A stretch of DNA of 64,000 nucleotides, from the IMG/VR virus record IMGVR_UViG_3300023179_000044, positions 1-64,000 of that record. The stretch is one strand, 5' to 3'. This document shows, piece after piece, positions 40,577 to 51,104 of this stretch. The position numbers were made by a program, and so were the translations under genes. The stretch is from a virus. Position 1 is the stretch's first letter, and every line of letters begins with the position of its first letter. The notes under the pieces are model-generated. The model saw only the letters and a program-made list of their open reading frames with translations. It searched no databases and had not been told where the DNA came from.

Positions 40577-42476
40577 GAGTTGCGGTATAAAAACCTAGGG
40601 CTTCTTTGTGCCTAAGTTGACAATATCCTTTTGCTCTAGGTCCAAGATATTTAGCTAAATGTCTAACACATCTCTTCCAGTCCCCAGGGAGTCCCCATTT
40701 AATCTTTAATGCACCTTCTCCGCGAGTCCAGTATCTGCGTAGCTTTTCTGCATTACCTCGATTTCTATCTAGTCCACCACCGGCAACCATAGTCGAGTAG
40801 TGGTCACCCCAGAAATTAATTAGATGCTGATATGTAGATGACATCGCTGCTTGAGGAGCACCCATTGGTGCTTGTGTCGGAGCTGGCATAGGGGCTGGCA
40901 TAGGTCCAGCTGGTGCCGCTGGAGCCGGATTCTGCTCTTTTGGCGGCTGAGTAGACTCATCTACTTGCTTAAGGATATCTTTAACAAGTTCTGGAGTATC
41001 TAGTTTAACTACAGGTGGAGGAGTAGCTGATTGCAAGTCTCTTAGAATTTGCTCATCTAAAACCCATTTTTGATCTTTACGCTTGTATGTGAGAGGTTGA
41101 TTAGTAGTTGCTGTTTTTGGAACAATTGCAACTACATCCATTACGGCCTGCGGATCATCTGGTGAAACAATAGCAATATATTTTGGCTCTACATCACTAG
41201 TTTTAGGTGTCATATCTTCAGCCGAAGCACCATCTGAAGTTAGAGCAACTTTTCCTCTAAATTTAGTAACTGCATTTGACCAATCAGTAAGCATCTGATC
41301 TAATTCATATTTAGTCATTGGACTAGGACCACTTGATAGTAAAGCTACAGGACCATCTTTTTCAACAACCGGCTGAGCTAAAATTCCTTTTGTATTGATA
41401 GGAGTAATTGGAGCAACAATTTTGTAAGATTTTTCTTCTGTAGAGTCATCTATTTTTTCAAATCCAGAAGCCTGAATGATTCTATCAATCATGCCCATGT
41501 CGAGATCTTCTATCGAGTCAGAAAACATCTGAGATTCGTCTGGATTAATATCATCAATTTGAATCATTTTAAAGGGAGATTCTTGCATGAGAGCTGAAAT
41601 AATAATTGCAGAGTCAGAATCAACTAAAACATGTGTTTTTTCAGTTTTATCATATGGATCATCTAGTCCTGAATCGTAAGTATAAATATCACCATCAATA
41701 TAACCAAGATCATCCCAAGAGCAGTCGTCCCATACATAAACGTGACCATCGATTTCTATTTTGTAAAGACGATCAATCCCAGAGCCATCTAATCTAACTC
41801 TTACTAAAAACTCAGGGCCATATGACGAATCTAAATTATGAGCTTCTTTAAAAGCATTTATATCTGACTCATAGTCATCTTCATAGTAGCTGTCAAGATG
41901 ATCTTCATATTCTGGATCCGTATATCCAGTTGAAGTCATTGCTCGTTTTTCACGCTCTACAATTGCAGAAGCCCAACGCCAAGCAGCGTCACCGCCCCAC
42001 AGTGCCCAGGCGATTCGTCCATTACTAGGGAAGTTATCTTCACCCAAATCCCATCCTTTACCCTTTTTGTCGACTTCATGACGAGGGAAATATTTAGCGA
42101 TATGGCGGACCTTTGCTAGACCGATTTGACCACCTTTAGCAAGTGTACGAGCAGTATTAAGCCCAACTGGAGTTCCGCCTCGGTGGTGCTCTTTGTGCCA
42201 CTTAAGGGCTTTAATTGCTTCGGATTTAACACCATCAGGAATAGTGTACATTCTGCTAGTAGATGCAACTACTGGATTTAGAGTGCTATCTAGTGTTACA
42301 GATGCAAGCTCATAGGCGGTTTCCGGAGTCTCTGAATTAAAAGTCCAACCACTTTTTTGAATATTAGAAAGTGCACCCATCTCAGTGACGATGTTAAGTT
42401 CAGTGTCAATAATTACACTGTAGTCGCCAATAGCAAAAAGCGATAACTTTCCTATACTTCCTAAATATTCAAGCAT
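40545..42476 (-). CDS. modular head-region protein (AWALWGGD module + C-terminal YWTRG module)
   Basis: GGTPVG..TA..LA...YFPRH...PSNGRIAWALWGGD module seen in phage head genes. C-terminus duplicated in the next gene. Confidence 0.75.
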   Translation of the reverse strand: MLEYLGSIGKLSLFAIGDYSVIIDTELNIVTEMGALSNIQKSGWTFNSETPETAYELASVTLDSTLNPVVASTSRMYTIPDGVKSEAIKALKWHKEHHRGGTPVGLNTARTLAKGGQIGLAKVRHIAKYFPRHEVDKKGKGWDLGEDNFPSNGRIAWALWGGDAAWRWASAIVEREKRAMTSTGYTDPEYEDHLDSYYEDDYESDINAFKEAHNLDSSYGPEFLVRVRLDGSGIDRLYKIEIDGHVYVWDDCSWDDLGYIDGDIYTYDSGLDDPYDKTEKTHVLVDSDSAIIISALMQESPFKMIQIDDINPDESQMFSDSIEDLDMGMIDRIIQASGFEKIDDSTEEKSYKIVAPITPINTKGILAQPVVEKDGPVALLSSGPSPMTKYELDQMLTDWSNAVTKFRGKVALTSDGASAEDMTPKTSDVEPKYIAIVSPDDPQAVMDVVAIVPKTATTNQPLTYKRKDQKWVLDEQILRDLQSATPPPVVKLDTPELVKDILKQVDESTQPPKEQNPAPAAPAGPMPAPMPAPTQAPMGAPQAAMSSTYQHLINFWGDHYSTMVAGGGLDRNRGNAEKLRRYWTRGEGALKIKWGLPGDWKRCVRHLAKYLGPRAKGYCQLRHKEALGFYTATHAKRDRNRGR

Positions 42477-42478
42477 TT

Positions 42479-42880
42479 TTACTCTCTAGCTGGATTACTA
42501 CCGAACAGAGTGTATTCTTCTAACCACTCTTCATTTAAAGTGCCATCAACGTATTTAACAAGAGCAAGTGACTTGTTATTTTCATCAAAAGCTTCGTCAT
42601 TTTTCCAATCAACTACATAATTTACATAGTCATTAAATAAATCATGAACGCGCCAAGAATAGTTTCCTGGAGCTAAAACCCACTGATCTTTTTCTTTATT
42701 GTAGTAAGAAATACCAAAAGCACCATCAGCTAAAATATCTACAACTTTTCTAGTTTTAGGGTCTAAAAATATATAAATTTTTCTACCCAGAGTAGTCTTT
42801 TTAGAGACAGATTCATTTTCTGGTAGTTGAACTTTATAGTCCTCTACTTTTGTATCTTTACTAACTGAACTATTTACCAT
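42479..42880 (-). CDS. hypothetical protein
   Basis: 133-aa ORF in operon context. Confidence 0.7.
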   Translation of the reverse strand: MVNSSVSKDTKVEDYKVQLPENESVSKKTTLGRKIYIFLDPKTRKVVDILADGAFGISYYNKEKDQWVLAPGNYSWRVHDLFNDYVNYVVDWKNDEAFDENNKSLALVKYVDGTLNEEWLEEYTLFGSNPARE

Positions 42881-42898
42881 AATATACTCTATTCTATT

Positions 42899-43261
42899 CT
42901 AATACAGTATTGTACCAGTGTCATTGGTAGGACCAAGTCCCATTGAACGCATTGTCGGAGCATTTCCTTCTATTTTAACTTCCCCTGGCTCATCATAAAG
43001 ACCATATGCAGCAGCGACTACAGCATATGGGTCCTCTAAAGATGCAGATAAGAATGGTCCAGTTGGAGTTACGGCCCAGTCTGGTCCATTCGCCATTGAA
43101 TAAATATAGTTTTCTATATCTTTAGAAATAGCATCGGCATCTTCGGTGTGAGTTATAAAGTAGCCATCTGGAACCCAGACTAGTTTTTCTCCAAGAACAT
43201 ATATATTAAATGGTTCATTGTACTTTTTTCTCCACGGCTGAGCGGCATAAAATTCTTCCAT
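42899..43261 (-). CDS. small acidic protein (candidate partner/immunity protein of the upstream peptidase domain)
   Basis: RBS AGGA, starts 8 nt after the giant gene's stop. VTPTGP motif. Confidence 0.7.
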   Translation of the reverse strand: MEEFYAAQPWRKKYNEPFNIYVLGEKLVWVPDGYFITHTEDADAISKDIENYIYSMANGPDWAVTPTGPFLSASLEDPYAVVAAAYGLYDEPGEVKIEGNAPTMRSMGLGPTNDTGTILY

Positions 43262-43269
43262 AGTATATC

Positions 43270-46200
43270 CTACAATCCTGTAATTTTGCTTAGATAACTT
43301 CTAAGACTATTTAATTCTTTTTCAGTATACTTTGAAGCTTCTTCACCTTCAAGTTCATTTTGCAAGAAGTTGATTAACTGGCTATATTCAGATCTACTAA
43401 GAGTTCCATCACTACCAGAGAATTTATCAATTATAGAAGAAATAACTCCTTCATTATCTGATCCTATAGATCCTTTTTGCATGGCTTTCTGCGCAGATCC
43501 GGATGGCTTAGGAGTAGTAACTGAACTATTAGCTTTAGCCACTGCACCAGATCTATCTGCTAGTGCAAATAATGTACCGAAAGCAAGATTTCTTACATCG
43601 TTATCTACTCCATCAGACTTAGCTCTACCAAATACTTGAACTATATTATCTACAGGATTGCCTTTAGAATCAGTATAAGTATCAGTATTTGGATCGTAAT
43701 TTACATCAATTACTTTCTTTTTACCATCTTTATCTTTGATTTTTGCCTTTAGGCCTTTTCCTCTAGAAGCAATCCCAGGTAGAGATAAAGCATCTTCAAA
43801 AGCCATAGTCATAACTTCGCTATGAGATGATTCTGGAGTAATTCCTCTTTCATAGACCTTAGACATATATGGACTAGCAAGACCCTTAATCGCTAATGCT
43901 TTTTCTTTGTCGCTATACCCTGGACCAAGAAGCTCAGCTAGTCTCAAGACATTTGGAAGCATTTCTTCAGGTGTTCCTGCATTTTGCACGCCTTTATCAT
44001 AAATAAATGCATGCTGCAGTTGAGGCATATTAGGAATTAATTCTGCAATAACGTGAGTATTCTCGTGAATTGCAGTAGCAGTAGTTCCGCCATCACCTTT
44101 CTGAGACATCCCTGGTCTATTAGATAAGTGAATATGGAATCCCTTTATATCTTCACTAACAAAAGCCCTAGGTACGCCAGACATAATGAAAATGCTTTTA
44201 TTTTCATTTCTAGCCCTACTAATTAATCCACGAATCATAGATGATGGAAGTAGGCTTATTGCTTCTTCAAAACCAACCTTTGATAAGAATGTATCTTCAG
44301 GTCTTACGGGTAGATTTTTCTCTTCACTAAATAGCAAACCATTAAATTCACTCAATGACACGTTATCAAGTTCGATGCCTTCGTCATTCATGGTATCTAT
44401 GTAGCCTTGTCTTTGGGCAGCACCTATAGTTTGAATAGCACGTCTTTCAGAAACCTGAGCATCTTTATGATTTTTTGCAGCAAGCTTAAATTTACTTTGA
44501 AGTGTTTTATATGCAGCAGTTGCTGCTCTATCATTCATAACATCATAAGCATGGAAATGAATTGCATTAGAGCCAAGAACGCCAGTTTTGACAGAAGTAG
44601 CAAGATATGGAAGTCCAGCTGCATCTAAACGCTTCTTTAGTTCATCTCTATCAACTTCTGGACCATTAGGACCATTTTTAATTAATCCTTCGGCATTCAT
44701 TTTATCAAAAATAGCTTTTTGATTAGCATTAGATATCGTTGCTAGATTAGACGGAACTGACTTAAATTTAGACATTCCTTTAGCTCTTTCAAGATCTAAT
44801 GCATTTTTTGCAGAAACTTTTTCATTTTCTTTTTCAACTCTATTTGACTCTAAATCATTAAAGAAAGTATCCAAATCTGGAGCATTAGAAGTTGATATGC
44901 CCTGGGACTGAAGATTTTCTAAAGTTCTTTGATCAATCTTTTTTCTAAGTTCATCACCAATAGCCAATACTTCATCTTTAGCTTTTCTAGCCTCTTCGGT
45001 AGGTTTAACCGCTGTATCAGAACTATCCTTAATTGGAGTCCTTTGAGTAGTATCAATAGATAATGTTTTAGCAGTTTTTCCATCGCTACCCATTCCAATT
45101 CCAATATCAGCTGCTCTCTTTCCAAGTGTAGTTAGAGCAGATGGTTCTGGAGCCTTGAGAGGAGAAGAAGAAATTATTTCATCAGTATCATTAAAGGTTT
45201 TAGAATCACCATTGTCAAAAGTAAACTTAGTTACAGCCGACCCAGTCTTTTTATTTGTTCCAGACTTCTTAGATATAACTCTACCAAAACGACCCCCATT
45301 TGGATCGTACAGGGTATCTCCTACAGAAATATCAGATGCTTTGGTTGAAGTACCTTTTTGCGGGCTACCAATTATTTGATCTTCATACTTATTATAATCA
45401 ATATAAGAAAAATCAATTGCATCAGTATTAAACTTCATGATAGGAACAATGTCACCATTATCATCATAAGCTTTTTTATCAAAAATCAAACCTTTATCAA
45501 AATCAACAACATCTCCATTTTTAAGAGCACGCTCAACGTCAAGTTGATCATTTCTTACAGTTTTTCTTCCCTTTTCTAGAGGTGTATTATCAGGAACTCT
45601 TATGAGTTTTTCAGTTGTAATAACTCTAGGTTGCTCATCTGGGTCATCAGAGAACCTAACACTTACATAGTTAGAGTAAGCAAAGTTTCCTGCAGCATCA
45701 TGTTCAACTCTAAGTTTATGATCAATTACACCTACGGCATCGCCATTAGGATCGATATTATTTGGCCATCTCACTTTCATTCCAACCTGAGCAATTTCTC
45801 CACTCTTAAGCCTGTGAGGAGCTAATGCGATTCCAGCATCATCAAGAACTTTATTTTCTATAAAGTCAACAATTTCTTTAAACTGATCAGTAAACTCGCG
45901 CTCATCAAGATATGCAAATTTTTGTCTTAGAGTTTCAAGGATGACTCTTTTAGCTACATCTCTTGCTTCCTGAGTATCAGGAAGATCAGCAACATATGAT
46001 ACTAAAGCATTAACTGCAGCTAATTTATCTCCTTTATCAAGAGCATCCCAGAATGATGGAATACCTTTTCTCATTTGGTTATAGAGCTGGCTCGTATCTT
46101 TTGCTTTTGATTTATTTAATCTTTGCTCTCTACCCCCAAGAATTAGCAATGCTTCTTCGGTAGGAGTTCTTAAAGAAAGGCTTGTATCATCTGAAGACGG

Positions 46201-49200
46201 GTCTCTTAGGATATTTTCAAAACTTCCTGTCCGCTGAGCCTTAAATCCTCCACGAATTCCTCCGTAGTATCTTTCATTACGCATCTGATCCTTAGGTGTT
46301 TTTCCTTTAGGATTTGCTTTCCAGTCACGAAGGAAGTATTTTTCTAATAGAGCCTGAGGGCCACTAACACCTAGCAAACTTGTAAGACTCTTATGAGGAG
46401 CATAGTGATAGAAAGTTTCTGACATACCAGTGTTTAAATCAGTATAAGTTGCTACAACTCTAAAGTTATCATCCTGATTCTTTACAATACGAAGTTCAAA
46501 AAATGTTTTTTTACCAGCAAAATCTTTAGATGTTTTAGGCTCAGTAAAACTTAGTTCCCTGGCCCAAACTATGCTGCCATCTTGTTTAATAGTTGCATTA
46601 GGATTAATTGCTAACAATGCAGCAATAATATCTTCTCCTTTAGCAGTAGACACGCTAGCAAGGGCAGTTTTAGGAATACCGGATACATCAATTCCTTCTA
46701 CACGCTTTTTAGGATCGTCTTGTCTAGCTGGGTTATCAACCCAGAACCTAGACGGACCTCCAGGATGAGGAGTTGGAGTTATTACAGTAGAAGCATTCTT
46801 TGGCTTAGCGAATCTAGAAGAATTCTTAGATTGAATACTTCTTCCATTATTAAGTTTTTCTAATGCTGCAATTAAAGAAGAAACTCCACCCTTATTAGAC
46901 TGAACATCAGCTATAAAGTTAGGATCTTTAAATAGTTCTTCAATTACAGTATCGCCATCTGCACCTGAATCAATTAATTTAGCAATTTTTCCAGTAGGGT
47001 CATATTTAGATAGCTTAGACTTTGAAAGTTCTCTGTTATTTCTAACCCCGGCACTACGCTGTTGTCCAAAATTCTTAGCTAATTCGTCAATACTGTCATA
47101 TTTTTTAGATGGAACTGAAGAATCACTTCTATTACGAAGAAGTGCACTACCGTCTTTATTAACAGTTACTTCCCAGCGCACGCCATCAATTAACTTACTG
47201 TATTGCTGTCTACCTTTAGACCCAATTTGTTGCCAACCATCAAGGAAGTTTTTAGGCGGGGTAGTTGGACCAGAAACTCTTCCCTGAGAGATAAATGTTT
47301 CTTGATCATTTTGTTCAATAAATGGCTTTCCATTTCTTCCGGTAGATCCAAGAGACGAAGAAAGTTTTTCTGGTTTAGATCCTCCATCTTCTTCATTTCC
47401 AGGACCTCGAACTTCTTCGGCCATTTTATCTCTATAATCCCAGCCATCCATTCCGTAGTCCGCCGGGCGGTTATATTTAGTATTAAACTTCTCGAGGCCA
47501 TCTCGTCCAGAGTAATTCATTGCCCACTCAAGGCTACCTAAAAATAAACCTTTTTTAGCTCTAGTTGTAGAAACATAATGAATTCTTGTTTCTTCTTCAT
47601 CTAATGCTCTTTTAGCTATTTTTTTATCTTCAGAATTTGGATCAGCAAAATCATTACCGAGACTAACGTAATCCCACTCTAGACCTTTACCCCTATGCGC
47701 AGTACTAAGAGTTACATCAGCAATTACATCATTTGCTTCTAGTCTATTTGGAATGTAAGCAGCTATTGCATCTAATTCAGACTGACGATCATCATCATCA
47801 CGAGTTGAAAACTCCCAGTGTTGTTCTGTACCATTATATTTCCAGCCTCGATTTTTTAGGTAGTCTTTAAGCGGAGACCCATTTACATACTCTTTATATG
47901 TAGCTTCACCACTTAATGTTAGAACTCCAAAATCATCAACTTCATAATTTAATCCTCTACCAGCTTTAGATATCCATACGGTTCCAGATGACCCAATTGA
48001 AGCATCCAAATTAGAATCTACAGCACCTCCAGTATCAGACTTATCTACTAATAGATCCTCTATAACTTCACCAAGACGATCGTATCTTGTTTTACCTGTA
48101 TTATCTGCATATGTAGAAAATGTATACCAACGGCCAACTACAGATTTAGGATCTCTTTCTGCTCTTTTTTGAAACTCTTTTAAGGTTGTAATTCCTCTAA
48201 AATCAGAATCTTTTATGGGCTCTCCATTAGGCATTTGAGGGGTTTTAGTTCTATCTTTAAAATCTGCCCTAAGCCACTGTATATAGTAGTAATTATTAGT
48301 TAATTCTTTATAAAGCTGGCTTAAAGCCGCAACTTTTCTATTATCATCAATAAAACCAACAATAGCTTCGGCAGCAGCTAAATTAGTCCTAGTTAAGTGA
48401 GCTCTCTGTGGTCCAAATGGTAGTTCATCAATATCCCCTACAATTCCAGGGAAGTTAGAATCATCAACATTAGGATTTCCTACAAGACGCTTATTGTCTC
48501 CAAGTATATTTAGAAAAGCATTACCTGGTCCAGTTAAAGAATCAGGCATTCTATAGCTTGTAGTTAAGTTTACAACTGCACCAGCCGAGTTCTTTGCATC
48601 ATTTAATGCGTTAACTGCACCTCTCCAGGTAAAGATATTTTGATTTGTATCTCCAACGTGAGCGAGCTGAATATTTCCTTTATTATTTTTTAGAATATCA
48701 ACAACAGTCTCGTTTGTGTCCTGAGCTTCATCAATAATTACAAGTTTTGCTGGTAGTCTCTTCGTTCCAACTTTAATTTTAGATAAATCCGGATTACTAA
48801 GTTGCCAAAGTTTTAGCACATGGTCCTGGCTAATAGCTATTCTTCTATTACCAACAAATTTTTTCTTGTCTTTATCCCAGTAGCCAAGTTTAGGATTATC
48901 TTGACTAATGTCATCCCAGTATTTATTTGCCCAGCCAAGCCATTTATCAAAATCAATCTTGTACTTTTGACCGTCTCCTTCCATAAAATCTTCTGTAGGC
49001 ATGTCAAAAGCATCAGAAAATGCTTTAATTACGTTATCTTTTGATATCTCTCTACCAGGAGAATTACAGAAATTAGAAATGATTTTATCTACAAGAAAAG
49101 CTGCATCTTCACTATCAATATTTCTTCCAGGACCAGGAGTATCATCAGTACCTAAATGAAGAGCCAGATATTCTGGAGTATAGACAAGTTTAGAAAACTT

Positions 49201-51051
49201 TGGTGCTCTATTAATTTTTGTTGCAGCTTTTTGCTGAATAGTTAAAGATTTTCTAGCTAATTTGTGAGTTGTCATCGCATCTGAGTTATCACGTGGAAGC
49301 CTAGCTTTTGCATCAGCAGCATTTTTATTACCAAAAGTAAGTACTAATACACCATCATCTGGGCGTAGCCGACCCATGGCCCTAGCAATAGCTACCGATG
49401 TGGCAGTCTTTCCACAACCAGCTAATGCATCCATAACAGTATCTTGCTTAGCTAAAACAATCGCAGCAATTGCTCTTTTTTGTTCAGAGCTTGGTACAAA
49501 TCCTCCCGTATCTTGAGTAAAGTCCTGACCTGCCGCCAAAGCATCAAGTTCTTCGTTGCTCATCTTAGCTACTTCTTCAATAGCCTGTTTAACTTCTTCT
49601 ACAGTAGGTGGAGTTTCACCAGTAAGTTCTGGATCCTTCATTGGATCGCTTGTTGTTTCACTTGGAGGAATATTTAAATTCAAATCTCCGTCTTTTGCTG
49701 GAGGAGTGAATCCACCATCCCCCTCTGAAGTTTCTGGAGTCTGGATAGACGGAGTTTCTTCTTCTCCATCTTTAAAATCAACATCATCATCAGGAATATC
49801 TTCATATGAAGGACCGTAAGATCTTCCGCCTTTTCTACCCTTTGCTTTTTCAACAACTTCATCTACAGTTGGCGCGTTGCCATCCATCGCATCATCAATT
49901 GCTTCTTTAATGATGTCATCAGATGCTGGCTGAGATTCTTTATCTAATTTTGATGGTTCGTATTTTTCTGCCTCTGTAGTGTCAATAATTTCAGGTTCAG
50001 TAGTATCTGGAAGCGTGCCCGGCTCTTCATCGGTCAGTAGATTTTCAAAATATTCTTTATTTGGAATATCTTCTGTTGGAGACTCGGATCCATCTTTAAG
50101 TCCATCCATTACTTTAGAATTTAATAGTCTTCTAGCAGCTCTAAGTCTTTCAATTCTTTGTGTATCAGGATTTTCTTCAGCTTTTAAAGACTCAATTTTA
50201 TCTTTAAGAGCTTCATCTAATTTAAATATAGGAAACTTTGACTCAAGTTCTGATCTTAGTCGAGCAGCTTCCCCTTTTTTATTTTTTTCACCAGAAATTT
50301 TTCTATAGTTTGAATGTTCCTTACCAAAGTACTTCCAAGCATTACGATTAAAACTCTTTCGACCTGCCTCCCTAACAACATCCTCCACGCTCTGCTGTGG
50401 CTTCATTAGTGGTTCTTCTGGCTCTACTTGCTTAGATGGAACAACTTCTTCCGATGGCATGCTTTCGACTATGCGAGCAAGCTCTTCTTTTGACATCTTT
50501 CCTTCAGCACCAGGCTCAAGCTGAGCAAGAGGAGAGTTAGCTTTTTGCTCTTCAATTATTTGCTTTTCTTCATCTGTAGGAGTAGCATCAGCAAGTTCTA
50601 AGTCCTGAGGAGTAATTTCATCAATTAAAGTATTCTCATAGTCAAGAAAATCGTCCTGTGACCACTCTCTAGAAATAATAGGATTTCCCCTACTATCGAG
50701 TTTTTGACCTGGAGTAATGCCTTGACGCTTAAGAGCTTCTTCAGGAATAATACCTTCAATGGTTTCCATGGCATTTGTAGGAACGTGATAAACACCATCT
50801 CTAAAGCCTTTATCAGAAAAACCTTGAACTAAAATTCTAGCAAAACCCTTAATTTTATTAGAAGCTCCGATATACTTACCTCTAATAGGGATTGGTGGCA
50901 AACCATGCTTCAGCCTAGCTAGCATTAATTGTAGATGGCCCATTTCGGCCCACTGGCCGTGGCGATCACGAAGCTGGACCATCCAGAAACCCTTGTTAGC
51001 TCCTAAGCCAACTGCAATAATTACTTCTGGGTCTTTATTTTCTAATGACAT
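43270..51051 (-). CDS. 2,593-aa polyvalent protein: UvrD-like SF1 helicase + SH3-like modules + HExxH metallopeptidase
   Basis: ALAGCGKT, IIDEAQD, VGDTNQNIFTWRGA, LTTSYR, TRTN, STAHRGKGLEW, EETRIHYVSTTRAK; then AIHENTH...SEVMTMAFE. RBS AAGGA. Confidence 0.88.
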   Translation of the reverse strand: MSLENKDPEVIIAVGLGANKGFWMVQLRDRHGQWAEMGHLQLMLARLKHGLPPIPIRGKYIGASNKIKGFARILVQGFSDKGFRDGVYHVPTNAMETIEGIIPEEALKRQGITPGQKLDSRGNPIISREWSQDDFLDYENTLIDEITPQDLELADATPTDEEKQIIEEQKANSPLAQLEPGAEGKMSKEELARIVESMPSEEVVPSKQVEPEEPLMKPQQSVEDVVREAGRKSFNRNAWKYFGKEHSNYRKISGEKNKKGEAARLRSELESKFPIFKLDEALKDKIESLKAEENPDTQRIERLRAARRLLNSKVMDGLKDGSESPTEDIPNKEYFENLLTDEEPGTLPDTTEPEIIDTTEAEKYEPSKLDKESQPASDDIIKEAIDDAMDGNAPTVDEVVEKAKGRKGGRSYGPSYEDIPDDDVDFKDGEEETPSIQTPETSEGDGGFTPPAKDGDLNLNIPPSETTSDPMKDPELTGETPPTVEEVKQAIEEVAKMSNEELDALAAGQDFTQDTGGFVPSSEQKRAIAAIVLAKQDTVMDALAGCGKTATSVAIARAMGRLRPDDGVLVLTFGNKNAADAKARLPRDNSDAMTTHKLARKSLTIQQKAATKINRAPKFSKLVYTPEYLALHLGTDDTPGPGRNIDSEDAAFLVDKIISNFCNSPGREISKDNVIKAFSDAFDMPTEDFMEGDGQKYKIDFDKWLGWANKYWDDISQDNPKLGYWDKDKKKFVGNRRIAISQDHVLKLWQLSNPDLSKIKVGTKRLPAKLVIIDEAQDTNETVVDILKNNKGNIQLAHVGDTNQNIFTWRGAVNALNDAKNSAGAVVNLTTSYRMPDSLTGPGNAFLNILGDNKRLVGNPNVDDSNFPGIVGDIDELPFGPQRAHLTRTNLAAAEAIVGFIDDNRKVAALSQLYKELTNNYYYIQWLRADFKDRTKTPQMPNGEPIKDSDFRGITTLKEFQKRAERDPKSVVGRWYTFSTYADNTGKTRYDRLGEVIEDLLVDKSDTGGAVDSNLDASIGSSGTVWISKAGRGLNYEVDDFGVLTLSGEATYKEYVNGSPLKDYLKNRGWKYNGTEQHWEFSTRDDDDRQSELDAIAAYIPNRLEANDVIADVTLSTAHRGKGLEWDYVSLGNDFADPNSEDKKIAKRALDEEETRIHYVSTTRAKKGLFLGSLEWAMNYSGRDGLEKFNTKYNRPADYGMDGWDYRDKMAEEVRGPGNEEDGGSKPEKLSSSLGSTGRNGKPFIEQNDQETFISQGRVSGPTTPPKNFLDGWQQIGSKGRQQYSKLIDGVRWEVTVNKDGSALLRNRSDSSVPSKKYDSIDELAKNFGQQRSAGVRNNRELSKSKLSKYDPTGKIAKLIDSGADGDTVIEELFKDPNFIADVQSNKGGVSSLIAALEKLNNGRSIQSKNSSRFAKPKNASTVITPTPHPGGPSRFWVDNPARQDDPKKRVEGIDVSGIPKTALASVSTAKGEDIIAALLAINPNATIKQDGSIVWARELSFTEPKTSKDFAGKKTFFELRIVKNQDDNFRVVATYTDLNTGMSETFYHYAPHKSLTSLLGVSGPQALLEKYFLRDWKANPKGKTPKDQMRNERYYGGIRGGFKAQRTGSFENILRDPSSDDTSLSLRTPTEEALLILGGREQRLNKSKAKDTSQLYNQMRKGIPSFWDALDKGDKLAAVNALVSYVADLPDTQEARDVAKRVILETLRQKFAYLDEREFTDQFKEIVDFIENKVLDDAGIALAPHRLKSGEIAQVGMKVRWPNNIDPNGDAVGVIDHKLRVEHDAAGNFAYSNYVSVRFSDDPDEQPRVITTEKLIRVPDNTPLEKGRKTVRNDQLDVERALKNGDVVDFDKGLIFDKKAYDDNGDIVPIMKFNTDAIDFSYIDYNKYEDQIIGSPQKGTSTKASDISVGDTLYDPNGGRFGRVISKKSGTNKKTGSAVTKFTFDNGDSKTFNDTDEIISSSPLKAPEPSALTTLGKRAADIGIGMGSDGKTAKTLSIDTTQRTPIKDSSDTAVKPTEEARKAKDEVLAIGDELRKKIDQRTLENLQSQGISTSNAPDLDTFFNDLESNRVEKENEKVSAKNALDLERAKGMSKFKSVPSNLATISNANQKAIFDKMNAEGLIKNGPNGPEVDRDELKKRLDAAGLPYLATSVKTGVLGSNAIHFHAYDVMNDRAATAAYKTLQSKFKLAAKNHKDAQVSERRAIQTIGAAQRQGYIDTMNDEGIELDNVSLSEFNGLLFSEEKNLPVRPEDTFLSKVGFEEAISLLPSSMIRGLISRARNENKSIFIMSGVPRAFVSEDIKGFHIHLSNRPGMSQKGDGGTTATAIHENTHVIAELIPNMPQLQHAFIYDKGVQNAGTPEEMLPNVLRLAELLGPGYSDKEKALAIKGLASPYMSKVYERGITPESSHSEVMTMAFEDALSLPGIASRGKGLKAKIKDKDGKKKVIDVNYDPNTDTYTDSKGNPVDNIVQVFGRAKSDGVDNDVRNLAFGTLFALADRSGAVAKANSSVTTPKPSGSAQKAMQKGSIGSDNEGVISSIIDKFSGSDGTLSRSEYSQLINFLQNELEGEEASKYTEKELNSLRSYLSKITGL

Positions 51052-51104
51052 CTAGATTTGGGTCCTTCTTCTAGGAGCAAAATAATTGTTTTCTAGTATG
51101 ATTT

